Shown here: positions 23,865 to 35,562 of the stretch, piece after piece
Layout of the letters: every line of letters begins with the position of its first letter
Position numbering within the stretch: the first letter of the stretch is position 1
DNA from: Raillietiella orientalis
Taxonomy: Eukaryota
Direction of reading: 5' to 3'
Length of the DNA stretch: 64,000 bases
Assembly (NCBI GenBank): GCA_036172245.1
Contig: JAYWIR010000062.1
Location: 1 to 64,000, forward strand
The notes under the pieces: generated by a model
Database searches by the model: none
The model's input: only the letters and a program-made list of their open reading frames with translations
Told to the model about the DNA's origin: nothing
Made by a program: the position numbers and the translations under genes

Positions 23865-25962
23865 TTTTCACCCGGATATGCCGGGGCATTTATTTAAAAT
23901 AAACAGAAGCGCAATACATTATCGAGTGGAGAACCCGAGGGTTCACCACACCAAAACAGCTTGCTGGCTGCCGGCACTATGCCGGCGAGGTCTTTCCAAT
24001 GCGCGGGGGTTGGGAAAGAAAAAAACAAAAGCAAACAAACAGTTGAAATGTGGGAGGGAACAAATGTTTCAGGGGTGGGAGGGCAGGGAAGGGATCACTG
24101 TGCGCGGGGATAGGTCCTCTGGATCCTATTCAGGATCCGGACAAGCTGAGTCCTCTCTGCGCCTAAGTGGCGCTACTTGCAAACAGCTCGCACGAATAGG
24201 CGAGTGAAACGTAAGGCGTTGCCAGTTGGCTGACGTCTCCTCCTGGTGGCGCTACAAGCCGCCACGATCCCTCGAATGCAGCAGAGGACTGCTACAGAAG
24301 CTGGTGGGGACAAGGCGTCACGACAGAAGAGGCGCCTGAGAACGTCCTTAGGGCCACATCCGCGCAAATCCAGGATCGCCGCAACGCGATCCCATAAAGG
24401 GCGGATGGCACCACACTCCAGAAGAAGGTAAGAAAAGGTCTCTTTTTCCCCGCATGGTCGCACTGGGGATCCACAGCTTCCCGGGTTGAGTGATACAGGC
24501 GTGCTTTACAGGTAAGCCCCAATGTATTACAAGCAACGCCACCTCCTGCCATTTAAAGGGGAGGGATCCACTGTTCCAGGACGCAGGGGGCCACTTCATA
24601 TCCTCCGGAGATACTCCGAGTAGCTCGCCCCAGCGTCGAATTCCGTTGGGCGGGACACTCGGCGTCGCAGCGTCCGCTAGCTGCCGAGATGTCCACGCCT
24701 TTATCGGTTGTGTCCTGCCGCCAATGGTGCAGGACACGGTCCTTTCCCCAGCTTCCTACTGTCCCTGGCGTTTATTAGGAAGGGCAGCTCTGGGGCAAGG
24801 GGGGTCATCAGGGCCTACATAAGTTTATCGTGGGACTGCACGATCTCCTGCAGTTTCCAGCGGGCGTGCCTTTTTAGGCAAGTGTTTCTTGTGCCCGCCG
24901 GAACGTGGATCTTTATCCAGGTGGACACTGACTCGTCCAGCCATGCAGAGTAGTTCCCTGGGAGGCAGGAGATTCAGGCGTTCTCCCGTACCACAACGCA
25001 CATGCGACGCAGGAGAAAGCCGTTTTGTGCTTCTCTGCAATCGCGCTCCAGCAGAAACGACAACAGTCCATCGAATCCGCAGGCTCGTTGGGCCAGGAGG
25101 CGTGCTGGAACGCACTAAGGCGTGTCCTACAATTCTGCCGCGAGGCCGAGAGTCCTAAAGCGGAGTTGTAATTCCATGCGCTCCAGCGTAAGTACGCCAA
25201 GTCCTCCGTCCTTACGTGGAGCGCACAAGTCTTTGAGCCTCACACGGAACCTCCCTTTGCCCCAAAGGGCTGTCCTCAGGAGGACCGTTGCCCTTTTTCG
25301 GATAAAATAGGGGGCGAGGCACACAAAAAGTAGGGGGCGAAGAAGATGAGCCGCAAACGTGTTCCACACCGCGGCTTGTTCCTGCAAGTAGAACTTGCTT
25401 TCTTGGAACGGAACGATCGCCAACGCTACCTTTTGGAGTCCATCGGACCAGACTTCTGCTGCGCAGAAGTTACTCAACGGAACACCAAGGTACTTGAAGC
25501 ACCTGCCCGTGGGGATCCCCAAGCGGATCCAGTCCGACCGTCCATCCCACCCCGAGCCAACATACACCATAGACGACTTCGCCCTGTTCACCTCCAGGCC
25601 AGTCCCACGGCGCAACAACTCGAAGAATTCCTCGAGCGCACTCGCCAGGGTGGACCCGGAAAGCAGCAGCAGAAGATCGTCTGCATAGGCCGACACAGCA
25701 GGTGTGCCGGCACACGAGCTCGGCAGCGTTGCCAGAGTTACCCTGTATGCCCTTAGCATTAACTCGAAGTAGATGCTGAAGAGCAAGGGGCTCAGGCTGT
25801 CACCCTACCGGATGCCGCGGCGCACGGGCACGCCGTACACGTGCCGGCCGCTGAAACAAATATTAATAGACGCGTTGCGACAGCAAGAGCGCAGGTGAGA
25901 CTGGAGCACGGCCAGGAAACTCATGCGTTCCAGGTGCTCCAGAAGGAGATCCTGGTCGACAC

Positions 25963-25996
25963 AGTCGAATGCCTTGCGTGCTCCAGGGTGGACGTG
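25963..25996 (+). promoter_or_regulatory. Putative Inr plus DPE core promoter (example; equivalents at 48916-48949, 1564-1531 on minus, 57097-57130)
   Basis: CA(+1)GTC with GGACGTG starting exactly 27 nt downstream. Confidence 0.55.
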
Positions 25997-28945
25997 TTTT
26001 CTCGGTGCTCCTCGTGCCAGGAAGTATCCCCCAGTGCAAGCGTCGTGTGGTTCGGTGGTCGATCAGGCAGCGATGCCTAACGCGACCACCAGGGATGGCC
26101 AGGGGGCAGCGGCATCGCCGCCCCCAGAGGCGATATAGAGCCAGGGGGCGGCGGCAACGTCGCCCCCAGAGGAGAAAGAGGTGGGGGCATCCGCTCGCAC
26201 AGAATCGGTCCCCGCTGCAGCGCGGGCGTGGAGCGCCGTTGTGTCGGCGCCATCGCCTGCAGCCGCGGCGGAATTGTCGGCCTATGTAGAGGAGGGGTAC
26301 AACCCCTCATTGTTCTACAAGGTAGGCAATTTATATTCTTTAAAGAGCACGCGCGCCTTCTCGAAGGGCATGCGCGCTCTCGATGTGAAAGAGGAGGAGC
26401 TCAGAGCTATGACCATCCGCAGCGGGGGTCAGTACGTTAAGGTCATCTGCAAACAAGCAGAGCTGGCCCAACGACTGCTTAAAACCCCCGTGGTGATGGG
26501 GACGCGCAGGCTCCTCCCTATTACGACGGACCGCAGCATGGTGGTCCACCTGTTAGGTGTTACCCCGCGGATGCGCAAGGAACAGGTTCGCGCTGCGTTG
26601 GAGGAATATGGAACGGTCCACGCGCAGTGGACGAAAGTTAGTCCTTTCGAGGACTACACGGAGCAGCAACACGGCCTCACTGCTGCGCGCGTGACCGTTC
26701 GGGAGGGCTGCACTCTTCCCCTCAAACTGGTGGTCGAAGGCGGAACCGTCGACCTCTGGTATGTGGGGAAACCGAAATACTGTGGCTTCTGCAATACGTC
26801 GGGCCACCTCAAAAAGAGGTGTCCCAATGTGCAGTGTTAAGTATGCGGCACAATGGGCCACACGAGCGAGGTGTGCCCAAAAGCAGCAGTGCGGGTGGTT
26901 TCCGAGAGAAACCTTAAAAAACGCGCTCGGCTTCTGCAGAAAAGGCTGGCGGCGAAAGCTGCCGCGAAGGCTGTGCCACCCGCGCCCAAGACCCAGGCCG
27001 CACCCGAAACCCCGACGACCAACGCCGAAAAAGTTGAGGGAGCCGGCCAGGAGACTGGGTGGCAAGTGGCAACGGCCAAAAAATCAAAGAAGGAGAGGAG
27101 GATGGAAAAGAAAATCGCCTACCAACAGAAGAAGAAAGAGCAGGGTAGCGCGATAATTAAAGAGTGCAGCGTCGTTGTCGAACGCGTTCTCGATGTTGCC
27201 GAACGCTGTCGGAAAGAACTCGCCGCTACCGACGACCTCCCCTCTGTTGACACTGTCAACAGCGAGGGCAGCGAGCCGGCGGCGGCGTCCGTCATCGACA
27301 CCACCATCGATGACGTAGCCTTCGCGCGAGCCGCGGAGGAGCTGGCAGCTTTGTTGCAGCCAGAACCCCCCAAGGCTGGCAAGAAGGCCGTAAGGCGTCC
27401 GGCCTCCCCACAGGAGTTTCCCACTTCCGACACCGAGGAGAAGGCGGGAAGCGCAGCCTCCGTTTCCACGGCACCGCGCAAGAAGCCTGGACGTAAGACC
27501 ACAAAGCCAAGGAAGCTCGTCTCCCCCGTCGAATGGGAAGAGATGGCTTCCGCAAGCGAGGGTGCCATGAGCGTGGGAAACTCTCGAGACCCGTCGCCCG
27601 AGAGAATCCCACGCTCGGACACGGAGGGGATGGAGGGGGTGGAGGCCGAACAGGTGCCTCAGGTGCCTCAGAAGGCCGAAACCCCCATGGACATCCCGCC
27701 CGCCTCGCAAGAGGAGAGCTCCCCAACACCTCAATCTTCCCAGCAGTAATGCCGGGAATGTCCACCCGCCGTCGTCTGCGCATCGCCGTTTGCAACGTGA
27801 ACGGCATGACAGACGCCGGCAGGAGACGAGACATGGCCGCCCTTCTCGAGTCCTACGACCTTGCGCTGCTGCAGGAGATCCACGTGATCTCTGCAGAACC
27901 AGCGCAAGAGATCGCACGGATCTCCGGAGGGCGGCTATGGTACAGGTGTGGGAGAGCGAAAAGTTGCAGTGTCGTCTACCTGCTTCGGCCAGCCATCGAG
28001 GCCGCGGCTCGGGGCGTACGGTTCGACAATCACGGTCGTGTCGGCCAGCTGACTCTCAGGAGGACCGACTCGATCCTTCTGATCGTCACGACCGTGTACG
28101 CACCGAGCGGCAAGGACCTGATGAACAGGAGGGCGAGGAAAGTGTTTTTCCTTGCCCTCCGGCGAGACTGGCTGACCGAAGCATGCGTGCGGAATGCCCA
28201 TCTGGTTGCAGGCGATTTCAACGTTCGCCTGAAACCAGATGAGCAGAATGCCGAGCGTGACCTGGTCAACGAGGCGTGCATGGCGGTGCACACCTGTAAT
28301 TTGTTGGCCAGTGCACCGGCGATGGAAGACAGCATTGACCACGTGTTTCTTGACAAGCACCTGTGCCCTCGCGTGGGCAGGCGCGGCAAGTTACCGTGCG
28401 AGCTGTCCGACCATCGCCCGCTAGTCGTCTAGATCCATCCGCGCGACAGGGGCCCCACCTCGTCAGCGTGGCGTTTCCCAGGGGACTGGCTCAAGCTCCC
28501 GGACGCGGCGGAACATCTCCGCACGTTCATACGGAGCTTCAGGCTGCGGACATTCCAGAATTGAGACCGCTTCAAGCGGTCGGTCCAGGAGTTCTGCGAC
28601 CAGTTCCCTCTGAACCGCCTACCTACGGGTTTTGGGACCTGGGTCCGTAACGAACGAGCCTATTTGCAGGCCCGTCGTAACGCCAGAACCCCCGACATCC
28701 GCAGGCTGGCGGAATACAAAGCGGGAGCCGAGAGGCAAGCCTGGTAGTCCGGATCGGCCACCTTACTAGAAGATCAGGGCCAGGAGCACTCGGCACCTGC
28801 CCAAATCCGCGGCCTGCTGCGGAGTTACTACTCCTCCCTGTATGCCAGGGCACCTCCGGAGAGGAACGTCTCACAACTCCTGCTTCTGGAAGGCGCTCCA
28901 GCGATCGGGGAGGAGCAGAGAAAGACCATCGACGAGCCTTTCACG

Positions 28946-30940
28946 ATGGACGAGATCCTTTCCGCCATCGGAAAGCTCAAGAGGCGAAAGGCTCCAGGGG
29001 AGGACGGCCTGCCCGCGGAAGTTTATCAAACTTTCGCGGCTGAGCTTACTTCCCTGGTACAGCAACTCACCTTGCTGATACGCGAAACAGGTGACGTTCC
29101 CGCCTCGTTTCGTTTGGCAAAGGTGCGGCTCCTACCTAAGGGAGGAGATTTGAGGAGCATGAACAACTGGCGTCCCATCAGAATAGTGAATGCGGACGCC
29201 AAGTTGATAGCCAAGATGTACGCAGAACGTCTGGGACGAATTGCCAACATCTTCATCAGCCCGGAACAGACATATGCTGTTCCCGGGCGAAGCATGGAGG
29301 CGAACCTGTTCCACGCTTCCACCTGGCTAGAGCTCCAACATGAAAGGAGCTGGGTGCGCAGCCGGAATTCCGGTGCGTGCGCCGGCAGGGGGTTGGATGG
29401 TCGGGTGGGAAAGGGAGCCCTTGCGGTCGCAATCGACTTGCGAAAAGCATTCGATTGCGTCAACCAGAATCTCCTTCTGCAGCTTCTGGAACGCTTGGGC
29501 TTCCCGGCCTCATTAGTGGCCTATCTGCGCTCCTGCTGGCGTGACGCGCTCATCAATGTTACTTTCAGCAGGCAGACCTTGCACGGCGTGCCGGTGCGGC
29601 GTGGGATCCGGCAGGGAGACAGCCTCAGCCCCTTGCTCTTCAGTACCTACTTTGAGTTGGTACTGAGAGCGTACAGGGGAACTCTGGCGCACCTGCCGCA
29701 CGACTGTGCCGGTACGCAGGCCGTTTCAGCGTACGCGGACGACCTTCAGCTGCTGCTCCCTATATCCACCCCGGCTGCGGCGGTCGAGGAGTTCTTCGAC
29801 CTGCTGCATCGGGGAACCGGACTTACGGTGAACAGGACGAAGTCGTCCGTGATGCCAGTTGGTGCGGCGTGGGCAGGGCAGCAGGACTGGGTCCGTTTGG
29901 GGATCCTCACGGTGAGGTACTTCAAGTACCTTGGTGTGCCGTTGGGGGACTACTCCCCTGCGGAAGCGTGGTCCGGCTGCCTTCAAAAAGTAGAGACGGC
30001 GATCGGCCCGTTCCGAGGCGGCAGGTTTTTCCTGCCTGAACGGGCCGCGGTTTGGAACACGTTCGCGGCTCCTCTCCTCCGCCCCCTGCTTTTTGTTTGC
30101 TTCCCCACAGAGAGGATTAAAAAGCGGACAAAGGACCTCCTCCGTATCGCCCTTTGGGGCAACGGGAGGGCCCGAGTCCGCTTAAAGGACTTGTGCGCTC
30201 CTCGTCGGGATGGTGGTCTGGGCCTCCTGACGCTGGAGCGGCTGGAGCTTCAGCTCCAGTTCCGCTTGTCGGCACTCGTTCCAGAGTTGTGGTGCACCTG
30301 TTGGTGCGTCCCTGCACGTCTCCTTCTCCAGCAAGCCACCGGCAAGACGGGACTGACGTCGTTTCTTGCACTCCGTCGCCGCGTCAACCGATGCGGACTC
30401 CAGCTACGGAGGGTGGCTGCGCTGTATCGGAAAAACCCAGGATTGCTCACCTGTCGCCCGTTTAACGGTAGTGCCTGGTTGCAGGAAACCGTTCGAACGT
30501 GGGGACAGTTCGGCATGCAACGCTCCCAACAGGAACGAAGGTTCCTGTTTGGGGGTTACAGAAGTTGCACGCTCCGCGAGATCCTGGAGGATCCAAAGAA
30601 GAGAGCGTGGGCAGGAAGAACCTCTCTCGCTGCTGCGCTGCCGTCTCTGATGGAAGATCTGGACAGCGATGTTGCGGCGAAGTGGGTGGTTACAGTAACA
30701 ATCTCCGGAAAGGAGAAGAAGAAAGGAGAGTGGAAGACGGGACAGTTAACAGACGCTGCCACCCCGAGTACGCCTCCCAATGGACTTCTGCGCTGGGGCG
30801 CGCTGCTCGATGTTCCCATTGAACATCTGAAGTGGCCCCCGGTGCTCATGAACACTTTCTCCCTCCCCTTAAAATGGCAGGAGTCGGCTCTCCTGTTGCA
30901 GCACTGGGGACTCCGCTGCAACGCCCGCCGACACCACTGA
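28946..30940 (+). pseudogene. Longest open RT segment of K ORF2 (664 aa)
   Basis: KAPGEDGLP, WRPI, DLRKAFD, GIRQGDSLSP, YADD, KYLG motifs. Bounded by premature stops. Confidence 0.9.
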
Positions 30941-32374
30941 ACCTGGGGAGCGGTAGACCCCAATTGCGTCAGGTGTGGGGAACGGGAGTCCCTCTTCCAC
31001 TTGCTAGTGGATTGTGTTGCCCTTCGGCCCCTTTGGTTTCGCTTTGCCGCGGCCATCGGAATCCCCTGCGGCAACCCCAGGGAGGCACTGAAAGCCGTAT
31101 TCGTTGCCGACGCCCTTCGGCCAGCGCCCTCGTTAGCAGCTTTGTGCTGCCTACGCGGGATCGTCACCGCTTGGAGCAAGGCTACGTGAGGACAACGCTA
31201 CCAGGGTGCCATCCAACCAGCCTCCCAGTTTCTGATGAGGGCGTCCCGATGGCTCCACCTGGATCCAGGAATACAGAAGGAGCTTTCCGGCATCCTGCAA
31301 AGAATGCAACGGCCCCACCAGCAACTGTGATCCCTTCCCTTACCCTACCAACTTTTCTTTTTCTTTTTTGTTTTGTTTTTGGTTTTTTCCCCTTCCCCCT
31401 TCTGCCGTGGTGGACCGTACCGTTCTGCGAACCGGTGACCCGGCAGGCTGTGTTTCTTCTTGCGTGGCTGGAGCAATGGTTCAGCCACCGCACGTCTTTG
31501 TAAAAGTTTATTTTACAATAAACGCCCTGGCGAAATCCGGGTGAAAATCAAATGCTTTGTGCGAATCGACCGCGGAGGCAAAGGCTCCCGCCGAGTCCAT
31601 CCCACCCTCTGCTTGATCTTCTTGGTCAGTGAGGAGTGCGAGGCTCCCTTGACTATCCTGTGCAACGCGTTGTCGCAACTGCCACCATGAGCTGGCGAGG
31701 AGCAGGTTGGCCTCCATGGTTCGTCCGGGAACAGCATAGGTCTGCTCGGGACTCACCACGGAAGCGGCCACCCGCCTCAAACGCTCAGCCCACAACTTGG
31801 CATACAACTTTGCGTCCGCATTCACTACTGTGATGGGACGCCAGTTGCCAATGTTGCGTAAGTCTCCTGACTTCGGCAGGAGACGTACTTTAGCTGACCG
31901 GGACGAGGCGTGAACTTCGCCGTGTTCGCGGATCAGCGTACATAGTCTGAGCATCAGGGAGGCCAGCTCTGGCACGAAGTGTTTGTAAAACTCCGCGGGC
32001 AGGCCGTCCTCTCCTGGCGCCTTCCTCATCTTTAGCTTGCTGATGGCGCAGATGATCTCCGTCAGAGTAAACGGTTCCGCAAACCTGAAACGATCCTCCA
32101 CCATGAGCGCGGGAGCACCATCCGGCAACAGGCGCTGCACGAAATGGCGCTCAGGTGTTAGGGGCCCGTACAAGGAGGAATAGAACTTCCGCACGATGCA
32201 GCTTACCTGAGCTGGGCTGGAGCGTTCTTGGCCCTGATGGTCCAGCAAACAGGCTGAGCCTGACTGCCAGGCCTGCCTCTCCGCCTCAGCTTTGAATTCT
32301 GCCAGGCGACGGACGTCGGGACGCCTGGAATAACGGCGGGCCTGAAGGTTTGCCCGCTAGTTCCTGACTCCCCT

Positions 32375-35300
32375 GCCGAATCCCTTGGCGAGTGGACGTG
32401 TGTTTCCTTCGCTCCCGAGTGAGTCGACAGGAAGCGGTTTTTCCTTGTGTTGTTTGGTGTGGAACATCGTTGGTGTCCGTTGGCAGCGATACCTGAAGAC
32501 ACCACGATGGAGGTAGGTGTGCAGGAGGCTTGCCCACCCCACAGCCTACAGAATCAGGGGCGTCCGCCCGGGAATCGATCTCGCCGCCCAAGGCGAGGAG
32601 CTGGAGCGCCATGGTGGCCGCGCCGAGCGCGGAAACCGTGGCCGAGATAGCGGCTTCCCGGGCAGCTGGCTACAAGCCCAGCTTGGTGTACCAGGTAGAC
32701 CCCTTATTTGATGGAAAAACAGCACGCGCGTTTTCGAAAGCGCTGCAAAACGCCGGAGTAAGAGAACAAGATCTTGGCGGTTTGTCCGTTCTCAGCGGAG
32801 GTCAGCGAGTCGAGGTGGTGTGCAAGGAGATCACCTTGGCTCAGACTCTGATCACCAACCCGCTGAACGTCGACGGCCGCAAGATCTTGCTAGTGACGAT
32901 GGACCGCTCCGTGGTGCTCCATCTCACTGGAATAACGAGCCGTATGACTCGCTCTGCGGTAGCACAAGAACTTCGGAAGTTCGGCGAGGTGCACGCGCTG
33001 TGGCCTAAGCCGTGTGTGCCCAAAACGCCCCACCCCGGTTCCTCCTGCCGCGAAAAAGGCGCAGGGGAAACGCGCACTAAAGGTCGCAAGACCTAAGGCG
33101 GACGCTGGCCGGCTGAAGCTGCCAAATCCTCAACCTCCAAAAGAAAAGACGGAGGATAAACCTTCCCAAGAGGCGGAAGGTGAAGAGAACTGGCAACTTG
33201 TAGCAGCCAGAGAAAAGAGGAAAGCTCCTTTAAAGGAGAAGAAAGAGAAGCCGGCCGGTAAGGCAAAAAAACCCGGGCCGCGTTCGAAAACCGTACGCGA
33301 GTGCACGGTGGCACTGGAACGTATCGTCGTTCCGGAAGATGCCACCCGGGGCGACGAGCCTCCCCTAGCCGTTTCCGTTGCGCCCGAAGTTCGCGACGGC
33401 GAACCCTCTGTGCAAAGAGAGGGTGAGCCGCGCGACGCGCCGGTAGAAACCGAGGACGCCGCGTTCGCAAAGGCGGCGGAGGAGCTCGCGGCCACGCTGG
33501 CGGAGCGTGAGAACCCCTCACGCAAGGCCGTGCGAAGGCCGGCTCCCGCGAAAAAGGCCCCAAAAGGTGAGTCAGACCTGGGGGCCGGAAGCACATCCTC
33601 CTCCTCTTAGGCACCCCCCAGGAAGTCGGGACGCAAGTCCCAGAAACCCAGGAGGCGCCTCCCCTCCACCAGCGAGGAGGAGAAGCAGGAAGCTAGCGGT
33701 AACGTGGGAATCCCGGAGGGGGAACTCCCACGCTCGGAAGCCGTCGAGCCGTCCACCCCCATGGAGGAGGGTGAGCAGGGGGGCGAATTCCTCCCTGCAG
33801 TCGCCGAGCCTGAACAGCGCGCCATCATGGAGGAGGGCCAACAGGTAGGCGCGACCCCACCTGAGGGTGACCCGCTCGACGCGCTGTTACCCATGGAGGA
33901 GGGGGACCAGATGCACGCAGCGCCTGACCCTCCTCCTTCACATAGCGTACCGCACCAACAGGTGGCGGACGCCGCATCGCCATCTTTTCAGGAATAACAC
34001 CTGGCCTCGCCAGTCGCCGTCGGATTCGCGCCGCCTCTTGGAACGACAACGGGCTGCGTCACGACGGTAACAGGCGAGATACGACCGACACCCTGCGTGA
34101 GCTCGACCTGGCCCTGCTGCAGGAGATCCACATGATCACCGCAGCAGACGCCCAGGAGATCGAGACGATCGCGAGGGGTCGGTTGTATTGGCGGTGCGGC
34201 CTCCGCAACACCTGCTGGGTCGCGTTCTTCGTGAAGCCGGCCATCGACGCTGCCGTGAAGGGCGTGCGCTTCGATGACGACGGTCGGGTCGGTCAGCAGA
34301 TTCTCAGCTGGTCCGACTCGATCGAATTGATCGTCACGAATGTGTACGCCCCCAGCGGTAAACAGGGATACAGCGACCGTACCAGGCTGCTGGATTCCCT
34401 GAAGCGCGACTTGCTGGGGGACACAAACATGCGGAAGGCTCACCTGATAGCGGGAGATTTCAATCTCCGACTGCTAACAGGTGAGCTAGAAACACAAGAG
34501 AACGCGATGAACAAGTTGTGCGCCGCCATGCGTGCGCGCAACTTGTTCGCGGGTGAGAGTGGAATGGTCCGCAGCATCGACCACGTCTTCCTCGGCGCTG
34601 ACCTGTGTTCACGGGTCGGCAAACGGGGGACGGTTGCGACCTGCCTTGCTACGGCGCTGCCCTTCCTGAGAAGGGCACTTCACTGCAGCCGGACGCCAAG
34701 GTGGCAAGTCTCCTGCTTCATCGAGGGACTCGAGAAGTTGACAGCGGCTGGACAACAGGAGAACTGTCCGACGCCACGACCCCGAGCGTCCAGCCGCGAG
34801 GATTATTAAGATGGGGCGAGCTGCTCGCCATCCCCAGGGATGAGCTGAAGTGGCCCCCGGTGATGACGGAATTCAGGATCCTGCCCCTCAAGTGGCAAGA
34901 GTCGGCGTTGCTTTTGCTGCACTGGGGTCTACTCTGCAACGCGCGCCCCTTCCACTGGACTAGGGGAGCTGTGGATCCTGCGTGTGCCACGTGCGGGGAG
35001 CAGGAGTCGCTTCCCCACCTTATTGCGGATTGTGCTGCCCTCCGACTCCTTTCGGAACGGTTCGGGACGACCCTCGGGCTCCTTACGGGCAGCAATCCCA
35101 GAGACGTTCTTCGGCCCCTCTTCGTGAAGGACGCACTGCACCCAGCCGCAGCCATCGCAGCCTTGTGCTGCGTCCGTGGCATCGTGGCGGCATGGAGCGA
35201 CGCCAACAACGAAGGAGTGGGTCCACAGGTGAGGGAAGTCATCCCGTATGCCCAACGCTTCTTGCGAAGAGCTGCCGGATGGTCCCAACTGGGGAATATG

Positions 35301-35562
35301 CAGACTGACCTCGAGGGCTTCGTTCGACTGATGGGCCCTCCCCACAGCGACCACTGATCCCTTCCCTGCCCTCCATCTTATTTTTGTTTGTTTCTTTTTA
35401 TTTTTCTTTTTGTCTTATCCCCATCCCCCTTCGCTGTCGGGGAGTGCCACGCCGGGCTGCGTCCCGGTGTCCCGACAGGTCGCGTGTTTACGGCCGTGGT
35501 GGGGCTTCGTACCACGCATGTAGAGTTTACAAATAAACGCCCCGAGCGTACCCGGGAGACAA
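32375..35562 (+). mobile_element. Subfamily G element with both termini, internally deleted (ORF1 knuckles and RT lost), at the GFG site
   Basis: Deletions near 33011 and near 34638. 5' GGACGTG at 32394, AATAAA at 35532 plus hairpin. Both flanks are antisense GFG codons. Confidence 0.9.

Larger units (their letters stand above)
25963..31545 (+). mobile_element. Full-length subfamily K element inserted at the KAFD site
   Basis: 5' GGACGTG at 25990, ORF1 ~26074-27749, TAATG overlap, ORF2 27749-~31330, AATAAA at 31517 plus hairpin. Both flanks are antisense KAFD codons. Confidence 0.95.

Noticed and set aside
28946..30940. Prokaryotic RT system (retron, DGR, group II intron) or LTR element
   Set aside because: RT is preceded by an APE endonuclease and a CCHC ORF1, with long TSDs. 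No LTRs, integrase or operon context.
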